Of a stretch of 64,000 bases of DNA, positions 17,723-29,409 are shown piece after piece (the stretch's first letter is position 1; each line of letters opens with the position of its first letter). The stretch comes from a virus. The DNA lies in IMG/VR virus record IMGVR_UViG_3300032782_000006, positions 1 to 64,000 of that record. One strand, written 5' to 3'. The notes beneath the pieces are model-generated. The model did no database searches. It had not been told where the DNA came from and saw nothing but the letters and a program-made list of their open reading frames with translations. A program made the translations under genes and the position numbers.

Positions 17723-20700
17723 AGGATTTCCACCGTCCGAGATGAATTATAAACTGTATAAGATCTTTGTAATTCTGATACATATACTGTTTTTTGAGTG
17801 GTATAAATAGAAAATGATCGATGTATTGTAGAAACTTCTACTGTTTTTGGAATTGAATAAATTAAAACTGTAAGAGGCTCAATATATTTTATATGTTTCC
17901 AAGTAAAACGAGCACTAGAAATACCAGATCCTAACCCTGATCCAGATATGTAACAAATTTCAGTGACGTAACTAGTTTCAGTTCCAACTCCAGATACTAC
18001 ACTATGGAAAGGAGTAGTAATCTCAGCATCTGAAACTGAAGATCCTTGACCGTCACAAATACTTGTTACAGAATCTAAAATTGATCCTAATCCAGAACTA
18101 GACCCGTACCCTTCAACTGAACTATATATAAAAGTAGAATTTGTGAGGATAGAAGTTTCTGATCCAGATCCTGAGTCTGTACTAGATACAAACTTGATCA
18201 AAGTTGGAGTTGCAGTAGCTGAACCAGATCCAGATTTGGAACTTGAGATATGATCAAATATAGATTCAGTTGCAGTTTCTGATCCAGACCCAGTCACCGT
18301 ACTTGAAATCGGCTTTAAAATAATCAGATCAGCAGTTTCAGAACCCTGACCAAGCGAGGAACTGTCGATATGATCAAATAAGGATATGGTTGCTGACGCA
18401 GATCCAGTACCTAATTCAGTACTGTAAACTTCTTCTCCAGCCGCAGAACTTGTACTAGAATACCCATACCCGTAAACTGTACTCACTAAATAATCAAAAA
18501 GGTAATCAGTTGCAGTTGAAGACCCTATACTTGACGAAACTGAACTGGTTAAAGATAAGAATAAAAGATTGTCCGCTGTTGATGAACCAGATCCTGTTAC
18601 AGAACTAGAAACCGTTACAAGTATGTAACTAAAACTTGTTACACTCCCAGTCCCAGATTCAGAACTGTCGAGGTAATCAATTAGATAGTCATCTGCTACA
18701 ACGCTCCCAGGGCCCCCTAGAGCCTCGCTGACAAGAGCTAGGATACCGAGCACATTACAGGTCGCATATCCTATCCCTGAGTCAATGGTGCTCGTGAGAG
18801 ATAGGTATAAAGTATTGTTAGAAGTGGATGACCCCGTCCCAGATTCAGAACTGGAAAGGATTTCAAAAATGTAATCATTTGCTGTTACATCTCCAGATCC
18901 AGAGGTCAAACTATCTAACTGATCAAATAAATATCCAGTTGAGTTTGAAGATCCAATCCCGTCATAAGAAGTGCTAGTAATTGGGAGAAGTATGGAATTG
19001 GAACAAGATTCACTTCCTACCCCATCTGAACAAGTACTGGACAAATACTCAAAAATGTAACAATTTACTGTTACAGATCCTGACCCAGATCCTGAACTAT
19101 CTATTGCTAAGTATAAAGTATTTGTAGCAGTTGACGATCCTGAGCCGGTAGAGGAACTTTCAAGATAATCAAACAGGTAATCATCAGCAGTTGCAGAACC
19201 GACTCCGACTTCATAACTATAAATTGCGTTTTGAGATTCACCACTTGTAGAAGAATACCCTGAACCAAACACATAACTTTCAAGGTAATCAAACAAGTAA
19301 TCATCAGATGTTACAGACCCTGCACCATCAGTACATGAACTTGAGACCGGAATCCCAAGGAAATTAGTAGCTGTGACACTCCCAGATCCAGACGACTCTG
19401 AAGAGATCGAGAGTTGTAAAGTATTATCAGCTGTAAAATCTCCAGAACCAGACGACGTACTCTCTAATATATCAAACAAATAATCGTATGCTGAAGATTC
19501 ACTCGAACTACTTACCAAACTTGTGATATATTCTAGAATATAAGCTATTGCTGAAGAGTCACCTGATCCAGATACTACACTTGAAACTAAACTGGATTGA
19601 GCAGTTCCAGACCCTGATACAGAACTATCTAAATAATCAAATAGATAATCATCGGCAGTACTGCTCCCAGAACCAGTTACTATACTTGAATATGGATTTA
19701 GAGATGAATCCCCATATCCAGATACCGAACTGTCAATTGCAATGTTCAGAGTATTATCTGCTAAAGAACTTCCAGATCCGTCACATATACTGTTGACAGG
19801 ATTTGCAGTTGAAGACCCCAATCCTGAGACCGAACTATCAATGATTACTAATAAAATAAGATTTACAGTTGAAGACCCTGAGCCGATTTCTGAACTGAAT
19901 ACCATATCGTCTGTAATTTCTGTTGTAGACGAAATTCCAGTTCCAGATACTGAACTGTCTATGTAATCGAAGATGTAATCATTTGCAGTTACATCTCCAA
20001 AACCATCAGTACAAGAACTGGATATTGCGAGATTCAATGAATTAGTTGCTGTAAATGACCCTGAGCCTGAGACTAAACTATCTATAAACTCAAATACATA
20101 ATTTGTACAAGTGGTATCTCCAGATCCAGATACTTGACTATCTATATTATCAAAAATGTAATCATTTGCTGTTACAGATCCTACGCTATCTGAACAGGTG
20201 CTTGATAAATCAACAGTAGTACTACCACTAGAAATTGTAAGATTTGCAGTGGAATCTCCAGCTCCGTCCGAACAAATACTCGATAATAATACAAAATTAA
20301 GAGTAGTATTACTAGCAGTAGAATCTCCTGTCCCATCTGAGCAAGTGCTGGAGATTGAGATTTGAAGAGTATTATTTGCAGTAGAATCTCCAGATCCAGA
20401 AACAAGACTTGATGATACAGGTCTAAACCGTATTGTAGAAATAAATCTACCGTCTACTCCTTGTGAATTACCATCATTTGAACAAAGTCGACCCTGGATT
20501 GTAATAGAACCTGCGGAAATAGATTGACCATAAGCAATGAATAGACCGCAATGACTACCTGGACTACAACTCTTTGAAATCACTACATCTGATGAATATA
20601 TATTAAATCCATAACCTATACCCACAGAAGTTGACATACTAGTTGTAGAAATAGTAGTCCCAAGTACTAATAACTCAGAAGTAGTTCCCGCTGATGAAAC

Positions 20701-23700
20701 ATTAATTGTAGCAGCAGTATCATTTACTAACGATGTACTCGAGGTAGTTACATGGCTGGACCCATCTGATAAAGAGTATAACGAAGTATAAGACGAATTC
20801 AAAAACAATATACCTAATACACTTCTACTAATAGTGACTGTTGACCCACTTGGAGATGAAAACGAACCCGCGAATTGTGTAGTAGAAGATACTGATTGAG
20901 CAACAGCACTACATCCAGACGACGCATAGGCAGATCCATAAGGAACAGAATATGTATATGCTTGGGGGGAGCTCCCGCCAATTGAAATTCCAGTATAGGT
21001 TCCTGATGATGATTCTGTTGCAGTATTTAGGTTAGTTGAAGCATATATGGCAAGTGCAATACAGGAAGATGGGGGAACAATATTAGTATTTGCATATTGG
21101 TCAAATACATATGATGAACTCGTCGTAGTTTGAGATGTTTGATTATCAAGATAATAGAAATTAGCCCCATCAAAAATGTAGATTAATAATGTCCGGTTGC
21201 TAATTGTCGTTGTTTGTCCATTAGTAATAGCTGCAATATATCCTGATATTGTGTGAGACCCTGCATCTAATGACCCTATCCAATATGATGTGTTACGATT
21301 TGCAGCAGTATTAGAAAATGAACTATTATTCATTAAACAATAATTTGTAGAGTCTACATTAATTGCAGATTGAAATCCACGATTATATCCAGTGTCACCA
21401 GGATTACTATTAGCAGTATAAATCGCTAAAATAGTTTGAGTTTGAGTAAGAGTAAATGTTTGAGTGGCAGGAGTATCAATTGCTAAAGTAGAACTAGTTG
21501 TAGTTTTAGTAGTAGTACTTTGGACTACATATTTATTACTAAATGTGAGTAATGACCCCTGTAATGATAATCCACATCCCGCTGTTGTAGTTCCCGCTCC
21601 ATCTGAGCAAGTACTTGAAATATCAAACGGCCCAGTTAAATAACCAATCGCAGTTGCGCTTCCCACTCCATCAGAACATGTACTTAACAATGGAACTGTA
21701 TTCGAATTGAACCAAATTGCCTGCATTATGCTGTTGTTTTTCGAAGCATTGCTGCCAGTATGGTTTGAGCATATTCTACCATTAATAGTATGAGATGCTG
21801 CGGGGACATAAGATGCGTATGCTACAAATTCTCCGCAGATATCGTCCCCCATATTTGAATATGCTACGTCTTGATTATCAAGATTGATACCATATTTAAT
21901 ACCATATGCAGTATTTGAAGGGGATTGATTATCATCAGAATATGTACCCGATAATACAAGCAATTGGCACATTGTGCCACTAACGGTTCTTGAAATTTGG
22001 ACTGAAGTATCATTTACAAAACTAGTACTCGTTGTTGCAAATGTAGTACTATTATCTACAGAGTCTACCGCACAATTATTAGGATCAAAAAACAATACGC
22101 CTAATACACTTCGGTTAATTGTAACTGTAGTCCCATTAGTAAACGCTTCTATTTGACCTTTATATGTTTTACTACCAGAAACTCCAGTTAAAGCATAACT
22201 CACACAGACCGAAGTGGGATAATTATTAGTAGATGGGGAATTACACGAATAAGCATGAGTAGGATAAGTAGTGCCACCCACATTTATCGATATAGCAATA
22301 CCCGTAGTGTCTTCAGTGGCATTATAATTATTAGATACTGCATATAATATTAATGCTGTACAACTTGCGGATGGCGCTTTCGTCACAGTTGCATGAGTAT
22401 CAGCAACCCAACTACTCCCATTTGAAGTTGATTGCGAAGTAGAATTATCAACATAAGAAACTTCATTCCCATCAAAAATAAGTATGACTAATGTACGATT
22501 ATGGATTGTAGCAGTGTTCGTAGTCCCTGTAATCGCTGCAAATTGACCTGAGATAGTATGTGATCCCGCAGCTAAAAGTCCACAATAATAACTAGTATTA
22601 CAATTTGCATAATTTGCTTGAGTAGGACTACACTTCATTATACAATAATTTGTAGAGTCTACGTTAATTGCAATCTGAGTTCCATATACGGCTTCAGTAT
22701 CTCCATGATCATTATTTGCGGAATATATAGCTAATACTGTTTGGGGTTTGGTTAAAGTAAAAGTTTGAGACGCATACGTATCTGTACCTAATGTGGTACT
22801 TGTGGAAGTAATAACTGTAGAATTTTGGATAACATATTGACTATTAAATGTCAGCAGAGATCCAGGTGATAAATTTGCAGTTATAGATCCCGCACCATCT
22901 GAACATGTACTAATAATAAATTCTGGCCCTAAGACAATCTCATTAGCAGTTGAGCCCCCTGTCCCATCTGAGCAAGTACTCGTCAAATAATTTGAAACGG
23001 ATACCGTAGAAGTTCCAGCCCCGTCTGAGCAAGTACTTGCTATGAATACCGCTGGAACCATCCAGAGAGCGCCTAATACACGCTCATCAATGTTATTTGC
23101 ATTGGCTGCTGTATTTTCGGCTTGCTGACCATAAATCGTATGATCTCCAGCCGTGATTGTAGCACCATACGATACAAATACGCTGCATCCGCCGGTTGTT
23201 GTTAATTTATCGCTACATCTTGAAACTGCTTGTGGAGATCCTGCACTATCTAAATTTATTCCATACCCAAATCCAGGTCCAGTAACTCCTGAATCGCTGG
23301 CTTTCTGGGTAGCGATTGCAAAGATCAGAGCTTCCGTTTGAGATGAGTTTGTAGTTTTGGATACTGTAGCATAAGTATCGTTTGCAAAAGTAGTACTTGA
23401 TGTGGTAGTAGTATGAGTAGTATCACTAGATAAGGAATAATCAGTGTATGTTGGATCTAGATATAATACACCGATAACGGATCGACTTATAGTTACATTA
23501 GCTGATGCAATCGATTTATAGTATCCTTGAGTAGTTGTACTGCCGGAAACCGACCCTACAATATAAAACGTTGTATTGGAATCAGGATAAGTGCTACCAT
23601 AAGGACATTGCAACGCTTCACATTGAGTGTATTGAGTGGCTCCTACTTGGATACATATGCCCTTACCACTAGTGGCTTCTGTTGAACTATATGTGTTTGT

Positions 23701-24222
23701 AGCTGCATATAATGCAAGAAGAGTGCAGCTTGCTGAAGGATTTCTAGTTACAGTTGCATGACTATCAGCGGTATACGATCCAGAAGCAGTTGATGCAGAA
23801 GTAGTATTATCTACAAAATCGTATTCAGTTCCATTGAATACATATATTTCCAATGTACGATTTGTGATTGTAATTGTAGTGCTACTCTGTAAACTTGCAA
23901 CATAACCTGAGATCGTGTGGCTACCATTACTGGGGACTCCAATCCAAAATGTAGAATTGCGGTTGGCACTTGTGCTTGAATTTGGGCTATTATTCATTAA
24001 CGAATAATTTGTAGAGTCTACATGGATTGCAATTTGAGTACCACGGACACCGTTACTATCACTACTAGTACAATTTGCAGTATAAATCGCAAGAACTACC
24101 TGAGATCCATTTACACTAAAGTCCTGCGTAGCTGGAGTATCAAGTGCTAAAGAAGTACTGGTTTTAGTTACAGTTGATGTGCTTTGTACTACATATTTTG
24201 CAGCTAAAGTAAGTAAGGTCAT
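17719..24222 (-). CDS. 2167-aa Ser/Thr-rich fibre/adhesin: three tandem ~390-aa beta domains plus ~25-aa shaft repeats
   Basis: The domain start LLTxxxKYVVQST..DTPATQ occurs three times, followed by repeats such as DYLFDYLDSSVSGSGSSTA. Confidence 0.75.
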   Translation of the reverse strand: MTLLTLAAKYVVQSTSTVTKTSTSLALDTPATQDFSVNGSQVVLAIYTANCTSSDSNGVRGTQIAIHVDSTNYSLMNNSPNSSTSANRNSTFWIGVPSNGSHTISGYVASLQSSTTITITNRTLEIYVFNGTEYDFVDNTTSASTASGSYTADSHATVTRNPSASCTLLALYAATNTYSSTEATSGKGICIQVGATQYTQCEALQCPYGSTYPDSNTTFYIVGSVSGSTTTQGYYKSIASANVTISRSVIGVLYLDPTYTDYSLSSDTTHTTTTSSTTFANDTYATVSKTTNSSQTEALIFAIATQKASDSGVTGPGFGYGINLDSAGSPQAVSRCSDKLTTTGGCSVFVSYGATITAGDHTIYGQQAENTAANANNIDERVLGALWMVPAVFIASTCSDGAGTSTVSVSNYLTSTCSDGTGGSTANEIVLGPEFIISTCSDGAGSITANLSPGSLLTFNSQYVIQNSTVITSTSTTLGTDTYASQTFTLTKPQTVLAIYSANNDHGDTEAVYGTQIAINVDSTNYCIMKCSPTQANYANCNTSYYCGLLAAGSHTISGQFAAITGTTNTATIHNRTLVILIFDGNEVSYVDNSTSQSTSNGSSWVADTHATVTKAPSASCTALILYAVSNNYNATEDTTGIAISINVGGTTYPTHAYSCNSPSTNNYPTSVCVSYALTGVSGSKTYKGQIEAFTNGTTVTINRSVLGVLFFDPNNCAVDSVDNSTTFATTSTSFVNDTSVQISRTVSGTMCQLLVLSGTYSDDNQSPSNTAYGIKYGINLDNQDVAYSNMGDDICGEFVAYASYVPAASHTINGRICSNHTGSNASKNNSIMQAIWFNSNTVPLLSTCSDGVGSATAIGYLTGPFDISSTCSDGAGTTTAGCGLSLQGSLLTFSNKYVVQSTTTKTTTSSTLAIDTPATQTFTLTQTQTILAIYTANSNPGDTGYNRGFQSAINVDSTNYCLMNNSSFSNTAANRNTSYWIGSLDAGSHTISGYIAAITNGQTTTISNRTLLIYIFDGANFYYLDNQTSQTTTSSSYVFDQYANTNIVPPSSCIALAIYASTNLNTATESSSGTYTGISIGGSSPQAYTYSVPYGSAYASSGCSAVAQSVSSTTQFAGSFSSPSGSTVTISRSVLGILFLNSSYTSLYSLSDGSSHVTTSSTSLVNDTAATINVSSAGTTSELLVLGTTISTTSMSTSVGIGYGFNIYSSDVVISKSCSPGSHCGLFIAYGQSISAGSITIQGRLCSNDGNSQGVDGRFISTIRFRPVSSSLVSGSGDSTANNTLQISISSTCSDGTGDSTASNTTLNFVLLSSICSDGAGDSTANLTISSGSTTVDLSSTCSDSVGSVTANDYIFDNIDSQVSGSGDTTCTNYVFEFIDSLVSGSGSFTATNSLNLAISSSCTDGFGDVTANDYIFDYIDSSVSGTGISSTTEITDDMVFSSEIGSGSSTVNLILLVIIDSSVSGLGSSTANPVNSICDGSGSSLADNTLNIAIDSSVSGYGDSSLNPYSSIVTGSGSSTADDYLFDYLDSSVSGSGTAQSSLVSSVVSGSGDSSAIAYILEYITSLVSSSSESSAYDYLFDILESTSSGSGDFTADNTLQLSISSESSGSGSVTATNFLGIPVSSSCTDGAGSVTSDDYLFDYLESYVFGSGYSSTSGESQNAIYSYEVGVGSATADDYLFDYLESSSTGSGSSTATNTLYLAIDSSGSGSGSVTVNCYIFEYLSSTCSDGVGSESCSNSILLPITSTSYDGIGSSNSTGYLFDQLDSLTSGSGDVTANDYIFEILSSSESGTGSSTSNNTLYLSLTSTIDSGIGYATCNVLGILALVSEALGGPGSVVADDYLIDYLDSSESGTGSVTSFSYILVTVSSSVTGSGSSTADNLLFLSLTSSVSSSIGSSTATDYLFDYLVSTVYGYGYSSTSSAAGEEVYSTELGTGSASATISLFDHIDSSSLGQGSETADLIILKPISSTVTGSGSETATESIFDHISSSKSGSGSATATPTLIKFVSSTDSGSGSETSILTNSTFIYSSVEGYGSSSGLGSILDSVTSICDGQGSSVSDAEITTPFHSVVSGVGTETSYVTEICYISGSGLGSGISSARFTWKHIKYIEPLTVLIYSIPKTVEVSTIHRSFSIYTTQKTVYVSELQRSYTVYNSSRTVEIL

Positions 24223-27200
24223 TTAAGCGACCTCCACAACTGCATGAGAGTACCCTATACCATAACTTACACAAATTTCAGGATCTTCTACAAATCCATC
24301 GAGTGTAGTAGTACCTACACCATCAGAACAAGTGCTAGCAATAAATACCAATATTCTCCAGAACTCATCCACCATCCAATCAATAGCTTCAGATCCCCCA
24401 ACTCCATCTTGAGAAATGCTAGTTACTGCAATATTGAGGGACATGTCTGAGATATCAATTCCCACATCTCCAGGTTCAACGTCATCTATAGAAATAAGCA
24501 AATCAAGCTCAACAAAATAGGCAATTCCTTCATCAGAGATACATTCGCTATCAATCCAAAGGGATACATTACAAATTTCTGAATCTGCAAACCCAATTCC
24601 ATCATCACATATGCTTTCAAGGATTGTACCTGAAGATATATAACATTCCCAATATCCCTGGCCTCCAATATCCGAGTCAATCGGGAGTCCTAAAATATAA
24701 TCAATAGGATCCGAAACTCCGGTTCCAGATTCAGTATCATCTATCCAGACAAAAACATAAATATCGGAGGAATCAATACCAATCCCTGTATCACTAACGC
24801 TCCCAATTGGAAGGCCAATGTTTGCAAGAGAAACTATTACGACTCCAATTCCATCTTCACAATCACTTTCAATAGAGATCGTTTTTGAAATATAAGCTTC
24901 ATAATACCCCATTGCTCTTATTTCACAAATAAGCGGGAGCAATAAAATGTAATCAGTAGATCCAGAATCTCCATAACCAAGATCTATACACGTAATCGGA
25001 AGACCTAAAATACAAAATACTGGAGAACTAATACCTGCTCCGTCATCGCATAAACTAACCAGTTCATTAGATAGATAAACTATATTATTACTAATACTCC
25101 CTATACTATCTTGGCAAGTGCTTGTGATAGCGATATTGAACGAGATATAACATTCGTAATATCCTGCAGCATGAATTTCACATACTTCGTCGAGTAATAT
25201 GATTACGTTTGTGAGAGTAGAATCTCCGTTTCCAGATTCAATATCTGTAATTTGGAGTCCTAAATAAAAATTGGAATCTGAATAATCACCTTCGCCATCT
25301 TGGCATAAACTATCGACTGGAAGTCCAAGATATAGAAACGACTCATCTAAAGATCCTATACAGTCGTCACAGGAACTATATACTCGAAGAGTATCTGAAA
25401 TATAACATTCATAATACCCTACCCCATTTATAGAACTAAACAGTGCAGGATCAGACCGCATATTTGCAAGATCGATGTATCCAATCCCAAAATTTAAGAT
25501 ACTTTCAATAAACTGAATTATAGTATTTTCAGCGTTGGGAACATATCCGACTCCAGCTGCAGTACTCTCAAGCAATCCAGCATTGCTTAATACTGTAATA
25601 TACCCCCCAATTCCAGATACAGAACTTACCAAATCTATTTTTGGTTTTAGAATTGCAAGATCTATATATCCAGATCCCAAAACAGTACTAGATACATACT
25701 CTATCTCTGATATAACAACAAGACAATTTCCAGCTCCTACTGTATTGCATATTATGTTTAGGAACAAGGAAATATCGGATAATAGGAGAGATCCTACTCC
25801 AGAACTTGAACTTGATATGAATACATAACAAGAATAATTAGCAACTGCAGTCCCTATTCCATCTAAAAACGTACTATCTATAGAGATAGGAACTGAAAGA
25901 TATGCTGAAGAATCACTAAAACTAGAATCTGAATTGGAGATATACTCAAACAACGAAACATTAACTGTATAATCTCCATATCCGCGAACTATACTTGAAT
26001 TGTCTCCAGGGAAATGTAAATCTGCTATTTGAGAACCATTACTATCTTCACAATCCCCCTGAATAAAGAGATACATAGACAAATATGCAGAAGTATCTCC
26101 AATTCCAACATAGTTTACTGAGATAGTAACTAATTCTATGAGAAAACTAAAACTAATCCCAAACCCATTCACACCACTAAAAATAAACTCTAAATCCCAG
26201 ATTATAGACTCGTCTCCATTTCCAGACCCAGAACAAGTTGAATCTATATTTTGGAAGGTAACATTATCTGCGAGTTGAGATCCAATTCCATCTACCTCAC
26301 TTGAAAACTGATCTAAAAACATGCAAATAGAACTGGAATCTCCTGATCCCATTGTTGTAGACTCAATACTAGCTAGGATATAATCAAGAGCGGTAGATAT
26401 TGCCACCCCATAAACATAACTGTTTAGAGGGGTACTTGATATAAACCAGATTGCACCTAATGTTCTGGAATCAATAACACTAGATCCCCCGGTATTTTGG
26501 CAACATCCTCCATAAATAATATGAGCTCCGTTCGTAATCGTCTGACCATATGTATAAAATACAGATCCTGCGCCAGTCCCACTTAAAGGAATACTGTCTC
26601 TTGATACTCCGATAGTATTACCATCAATAATTAGTCCGTATCCAAACCCAGCGGCATTTGTAGTATCGTAATATTCTTGATTGGCTATAGCTAATGCCAA
26701 TACTTCTGTCACCGGAGATGAAGTCGTTCTAGAGATTGTAGCGTTTGGATCATGGACTACATTGGTAGATAATGGTTTGTAACTATTAGTGTTATATACA
26801 AAATCAGAGTAACAATAATTTGGATCTAAAAACAGTACTCCAAGCACACTTCTGCTAATTGTAATCGTAGATCCATACGTACCAACCAGACCAAAAAATT
26901 GTCCTGCATATCCAATATTTGCTGAAATCTCAAAAGTGCTTAGAGATATTGCATAATTAGCCGCATATGGGGACTGATATGCAGTATTTTGTCCAGACAA
27001 CCACGACCCATTATTAGGCACAATAGCTAGATCTATGAATGACCCATCTTCATAGTTAGTTACTCCATGATCACAAGATACTCCATAAAATGCTATAGCG
27101 GTACAAGGAGATGGAACTGACACAAATGCAGAGGTAGAGGTATCCTGATTAGCACCAAACGAATATGAAGTTGGAGTTAAATTTTCATTATAAATAAAAT

Positions 27201-27909
27201 TTGATCCTTCGAAAATATAGATTGCCAATGATCTATTTGAAACAGTTACAGTAGTCCCAACGTAATTTGCTGCAAATTGACCAGAGATGGTATGGGTTCC
27301 AGCTTCTATAATCCCAATATAAAAACAACAATTATTATTTGCAGCCGAGTTCGCAACTTGGCTAGAACTCATTATACAATGATTTTCACCGTCTATTTGA
27401 ATTGCATTTTGGAATCCATATATTGATCCACTATTGGAAGAAGAACTGTTCGCAATATAGATCCCCATTACCGTTTGACTTTCAGTAAGTTCAAAAGTGA
27501 CAGTTGCTGGAGTATCCAAAGATAGATCTGTACTCGAAGACGTAACAATTGTAGAATTTTGGATAACATATTTTTGTTTAAATGTAAGTGATGACCCTGA
27601 TAATAGATATCCAATATTAGCAGTTTGTGTTCCAACCCCATTTAAAGAATTACTTATCAAAAAATTTGAAACCCTAACTACATAATTACCAGTTCCGGAG
27701 GCAGTACTGGTTTTAAAAATTAATTTAGAAATATTAGCGGTTAGCGTTCCTGTTCCGGTAGACGTACAAAGTAAATAATTGGTAACAGTTACAATATATG
27801 TTCCTGTACCATCAGAACAAGTACTAATTATAGATTTAAATTTAGAAATGTAAGCGGTCTGAGATCCAGAACCTGTATTGGAAGTACTCCTTAGAGTTAA
27901 TGTCGTCAT
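24223..27909 (-). CDS. 1228-aa paralogous fibre/adhesin: one beta domain plus acidic Cys/Gly shaft repeats
   Basis: SLTFKQKYVIQNST..DTPAT and TISRSVLGVLFLDPNY are shared with the 2167-aa protein. Confidence 0.75.
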   Translation of the reverse strand: MTTLTLRSTSNTGSGSQTAYISKFKSIISTCSDGTGTYIVTVTNYLLCTSTGTGTLTANISKLIFKTSTASGTGNYVVRVSNFLISNSLNGVGTQTANIGYLLSGSSLTFKQKYVIQNSTIVTSSSTDLSLDTPATVTFELTESQTVMGIYIANSSSSNSGSIYGFQNAIQIDGENHCIMSSSQVANSAANNNCCFYIGIIEAGTHTISGQFAANYVGTTVTVSNRSLAIYIFEGSNFIYNENLTPTSYSFGANQDTSTSAFVSVPSPCTAIAFYGVSCDHGVTNYEDGSFIDLAIVPNNGSWLSGQNTAYQSPYAANYAISLSTFEISANIGYAGQFFGLVGTYGSTITISRSVLGVLFLDPNYCYSDFVYNTNSYKPLSTNVVHDPNATISRTTSSPVTEVLALAIANQEYYDTTNAAGFGYGLIIDGNTIGVSRDSIPLSGTGAGSVFYTYGQTITNGAHIIYGGCCQNTGGSSVIDSRTLGAIWFISSTPLNSYVYGVAISTALDYILASIESTTMGSGDSSSICMFLDQFSSEVDGIGSQLADNVTFQNIDSTCSGSGNGDESIIWDLEFIFSGVNGFGISFSFLIELVTISVNYVGIGDTSAYLSMYLFIQGDCEDSNGSQIADLHFPGDNSSIVRGYGDYTVNVSLFEYISNSDSSFSDSSAYLSVPISIDSTFLDGIGTAVANYSCYVFISSSSSGVGSLLLSDISLFLNIICNTVGAGNCLVVISEIEYVSSTVLGSGYIDLAILKPKIDLVSSVSGIGGYITVLSNAGLLESTAAGVGYVPNAENTIIQFIESILNFGIGYIDLANMRSDPALFSSINGVGYYECYISDTLRVYSSCDDCIGSLDESFLYLGLPVDSLCQDGEGDYSDSNFYLGLQITDIESGNGDSTLTNVIILLDEVCEIHAAGYYECYISFNIAITSTCQDSIGSISNNIVYLSNELVSLCDDGAGISSPVFCILGLPITCIDLGYGDSGSTDYILLLPLICEIRAMGYYEAYISKTISIESDCEDGIGVVIVSLANIGLPIGSVSDTGIGIDSSDIYVFVWIDDTESGTGVSDPIDYILGLPIDSDIGGQGYWECYISSGTILESICDDGIGFADSEICNVSLWIDSECISDEGIAYFVELDLLISIDDVEPGDVGIDISDMSLNIAVTSISQDGVGGSEAIDWMVDEFWRILVFIASTCSDGVGTTTLDGFVEDPEICVSYGIGYSHAVVEVA

Positions 27910-28068
27910 TTGACATCAACTCCAAAAGCACTAAAATAAAAAGTGCTGCTATAAAATAAGACAGTATAAAAATACTGTAATTCGTTTTTTAAATTGGAGA
28001 GTTGCAGCACCATGAAAGTAGCCTCATGAAATTAAATTTCGATCATTGGCTGTACACTATTTTAGAGG

Positions 28069-28509
28069 TTACCACCCTGTAGCGTTTAATGTAAGAGCAG
28101 AGGTTGCAAATGTTGGAGCCTGGCCGCTAGCTACAGTCACACTGGAACTTAGAGTTCCGAACATGATTGCAGTTGCTGTTGATGCAGACGTTGACAAGAA
28201 CCAAACTGCCAATGTTCCGGCCCACGATCCGCCTGTGGCAGTCGGGAATGTGATTGCAGCAGCCGAGTTTGTAATCTGGCCGTTGGAAGAAGTTCCAAAT
28301 GTGCCGGTTCCACTTACATTTATAGCTACTCTGGCATATCCATTAGTGTTGATTGCCGGTTCATTTGTGACTACTCCAGTAGATTGGTTAACACTACCAG
28401 AGGTCGTCAAACCCATATACAATGTGCCAGGATTCGTAATTGATGAACCACCGGCTAAATAAACGTTAAGAATTGCTGATTGAATTGATTGTACAAGAAA
28501 CCCAGTCAT
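28069..28509 (-). CDS. Conserved virion fibre-associated structural protein
   Basis: LYMGLTT..GYARVAI..ITNSAAAITFPTAT..W..FGTLSSSVTVASGQAPTF is a pattern common next to phage capsid genes. Confidence 0.7.
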   Translation of the reverse strand: MTGFLVQSIQSAILNVYLAGGSSITNPGTLYMGLTTSGSVNQSTGVVTNEPAINTNGYARVAINVSGTGTFGTSSNGQITNSAAAITFPTATGGSWAGTLAVWFLSTSASTATAIMFGTLSSSVTVASGQAPTFATSALTLNATGW

Positions 28510-28531
28510 AAATTACACCTATAAAATTATT

Positions 28532-28807
28532 TTACCATAATGCAAATATATTAGTTGCACCTGTTCCGCTTTTATAAACTTTTTTGAATCTTCCACGGAG
28601 TATTCCTATTGGAACTGATTTGAATACTATTCCTGTTCCAGAAGTTTCCATGTCGACTTTTACATCTCCACTTACGCCGATATATAATGCTGAAGCAATT
28701 GGAGTAAGGGTTACGTCTGCACTTGATAAATCGACTGCTGCAGCGTTAGAGGGGGATTCTATCCCCACTAAATCTACAATTCCCCTATACTCATTTGGGA
28801 TTTTCAT
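28532..28807 (-). CDS. Head spike base protein, RcGTA Rcc01079-like
   Basis: ALYIGVSGDVKVDM..FKSVPIGIL..KVYKSGTGATNIFALW resembles that family's consensus as I recall it. Confidence 0.7.
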   Translation of the reverse strand: MKIPNEYRGIVDLVGIESPSNAAAVDLSSADVTLTPIASALYIGVSGDVKVDMETSGTGIVFKSVPIGILRGRFKKVYKSGTGATNIFALW

Positions 28808-28817
28808 TATAACCCCT

Positions 28818-29396
28818 TCAATTTATTGTATACTTCAACAATACTCTTGCAGTTCCGGTACCTGTAGCACTTCCAGTGATAACAAGGTCGATAGCATCTC
28901 CTGCAGCTAGTGCAGCATGAGCTATTGTAGATTGAGTTGCACTGGATTTTGCAGCTTTTCCACCTGCAGGAACTGTATATGTAACTAGAGTGACAGGACT
29001 TGCAGCTTCGTTAGCTAATGCAATAACCGCATCACCGGTTCCTTTAGCATATGCAGCCGTGAAGTAAACTACCATTCCAGTGATTGTCATTGCCTGTGGA
29101 GCTACAAATTTAGCATAGTATGTAGCAGTTGTAGTAAGATCTACACCAGCAGTAGCTAATGCCGTTTCTGTCCCAATTCCTTGAGTAAGATCTGTATATC
29201 TAACAGTAGGACTACTCCCCCCCAATGTGGAAACTGCAGTTTCTAAATCTTCGATATCGGATTCCATCTCCGATAAATTAGCGGAATCGATAGTATTTAT
29301 TTCAGTTGATATTTTCACGAGTTCATCGTGAAGAACTTTCATATCAGTACCGACACCACAATTTAGAGTATGTAATGAGGGTGGTGTATACGTCAT
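28818..29396 (-). CDS. Putative capsid decoration / short fibre protein
   Basis: Directly follows the MCP, with a short coiled coil and an Ala/Thr-rich beta domain. Confidence 0.55.
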   Translation of the reverse strand: MTYTPPSLHTLNCGVGTDMKVLHDELVKISTEINTIDSANLSEMESDIEDLETAVSTLGGSSPTVRYTDLTQGIGTETALATAGVDLTTTATYYAKFVAPQAMTITGMVVYFTAAYAKGTGDAVIALANEAASPVTLVTYTVPAGGKAAKSSATQSTIAHAALAAGDAIDLVITGSATGTGTARVLLKYTIN

Positions 29397-29409
29397 TTAC
29401 ACCGCCTCC

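Noticed and set aside
17719-27909. Diversity-generating retroelement acting on the fibre genes
   Set aside because: There is no reverse transcriptase, and the domain copies differ at all base types rather than adenine-specifically
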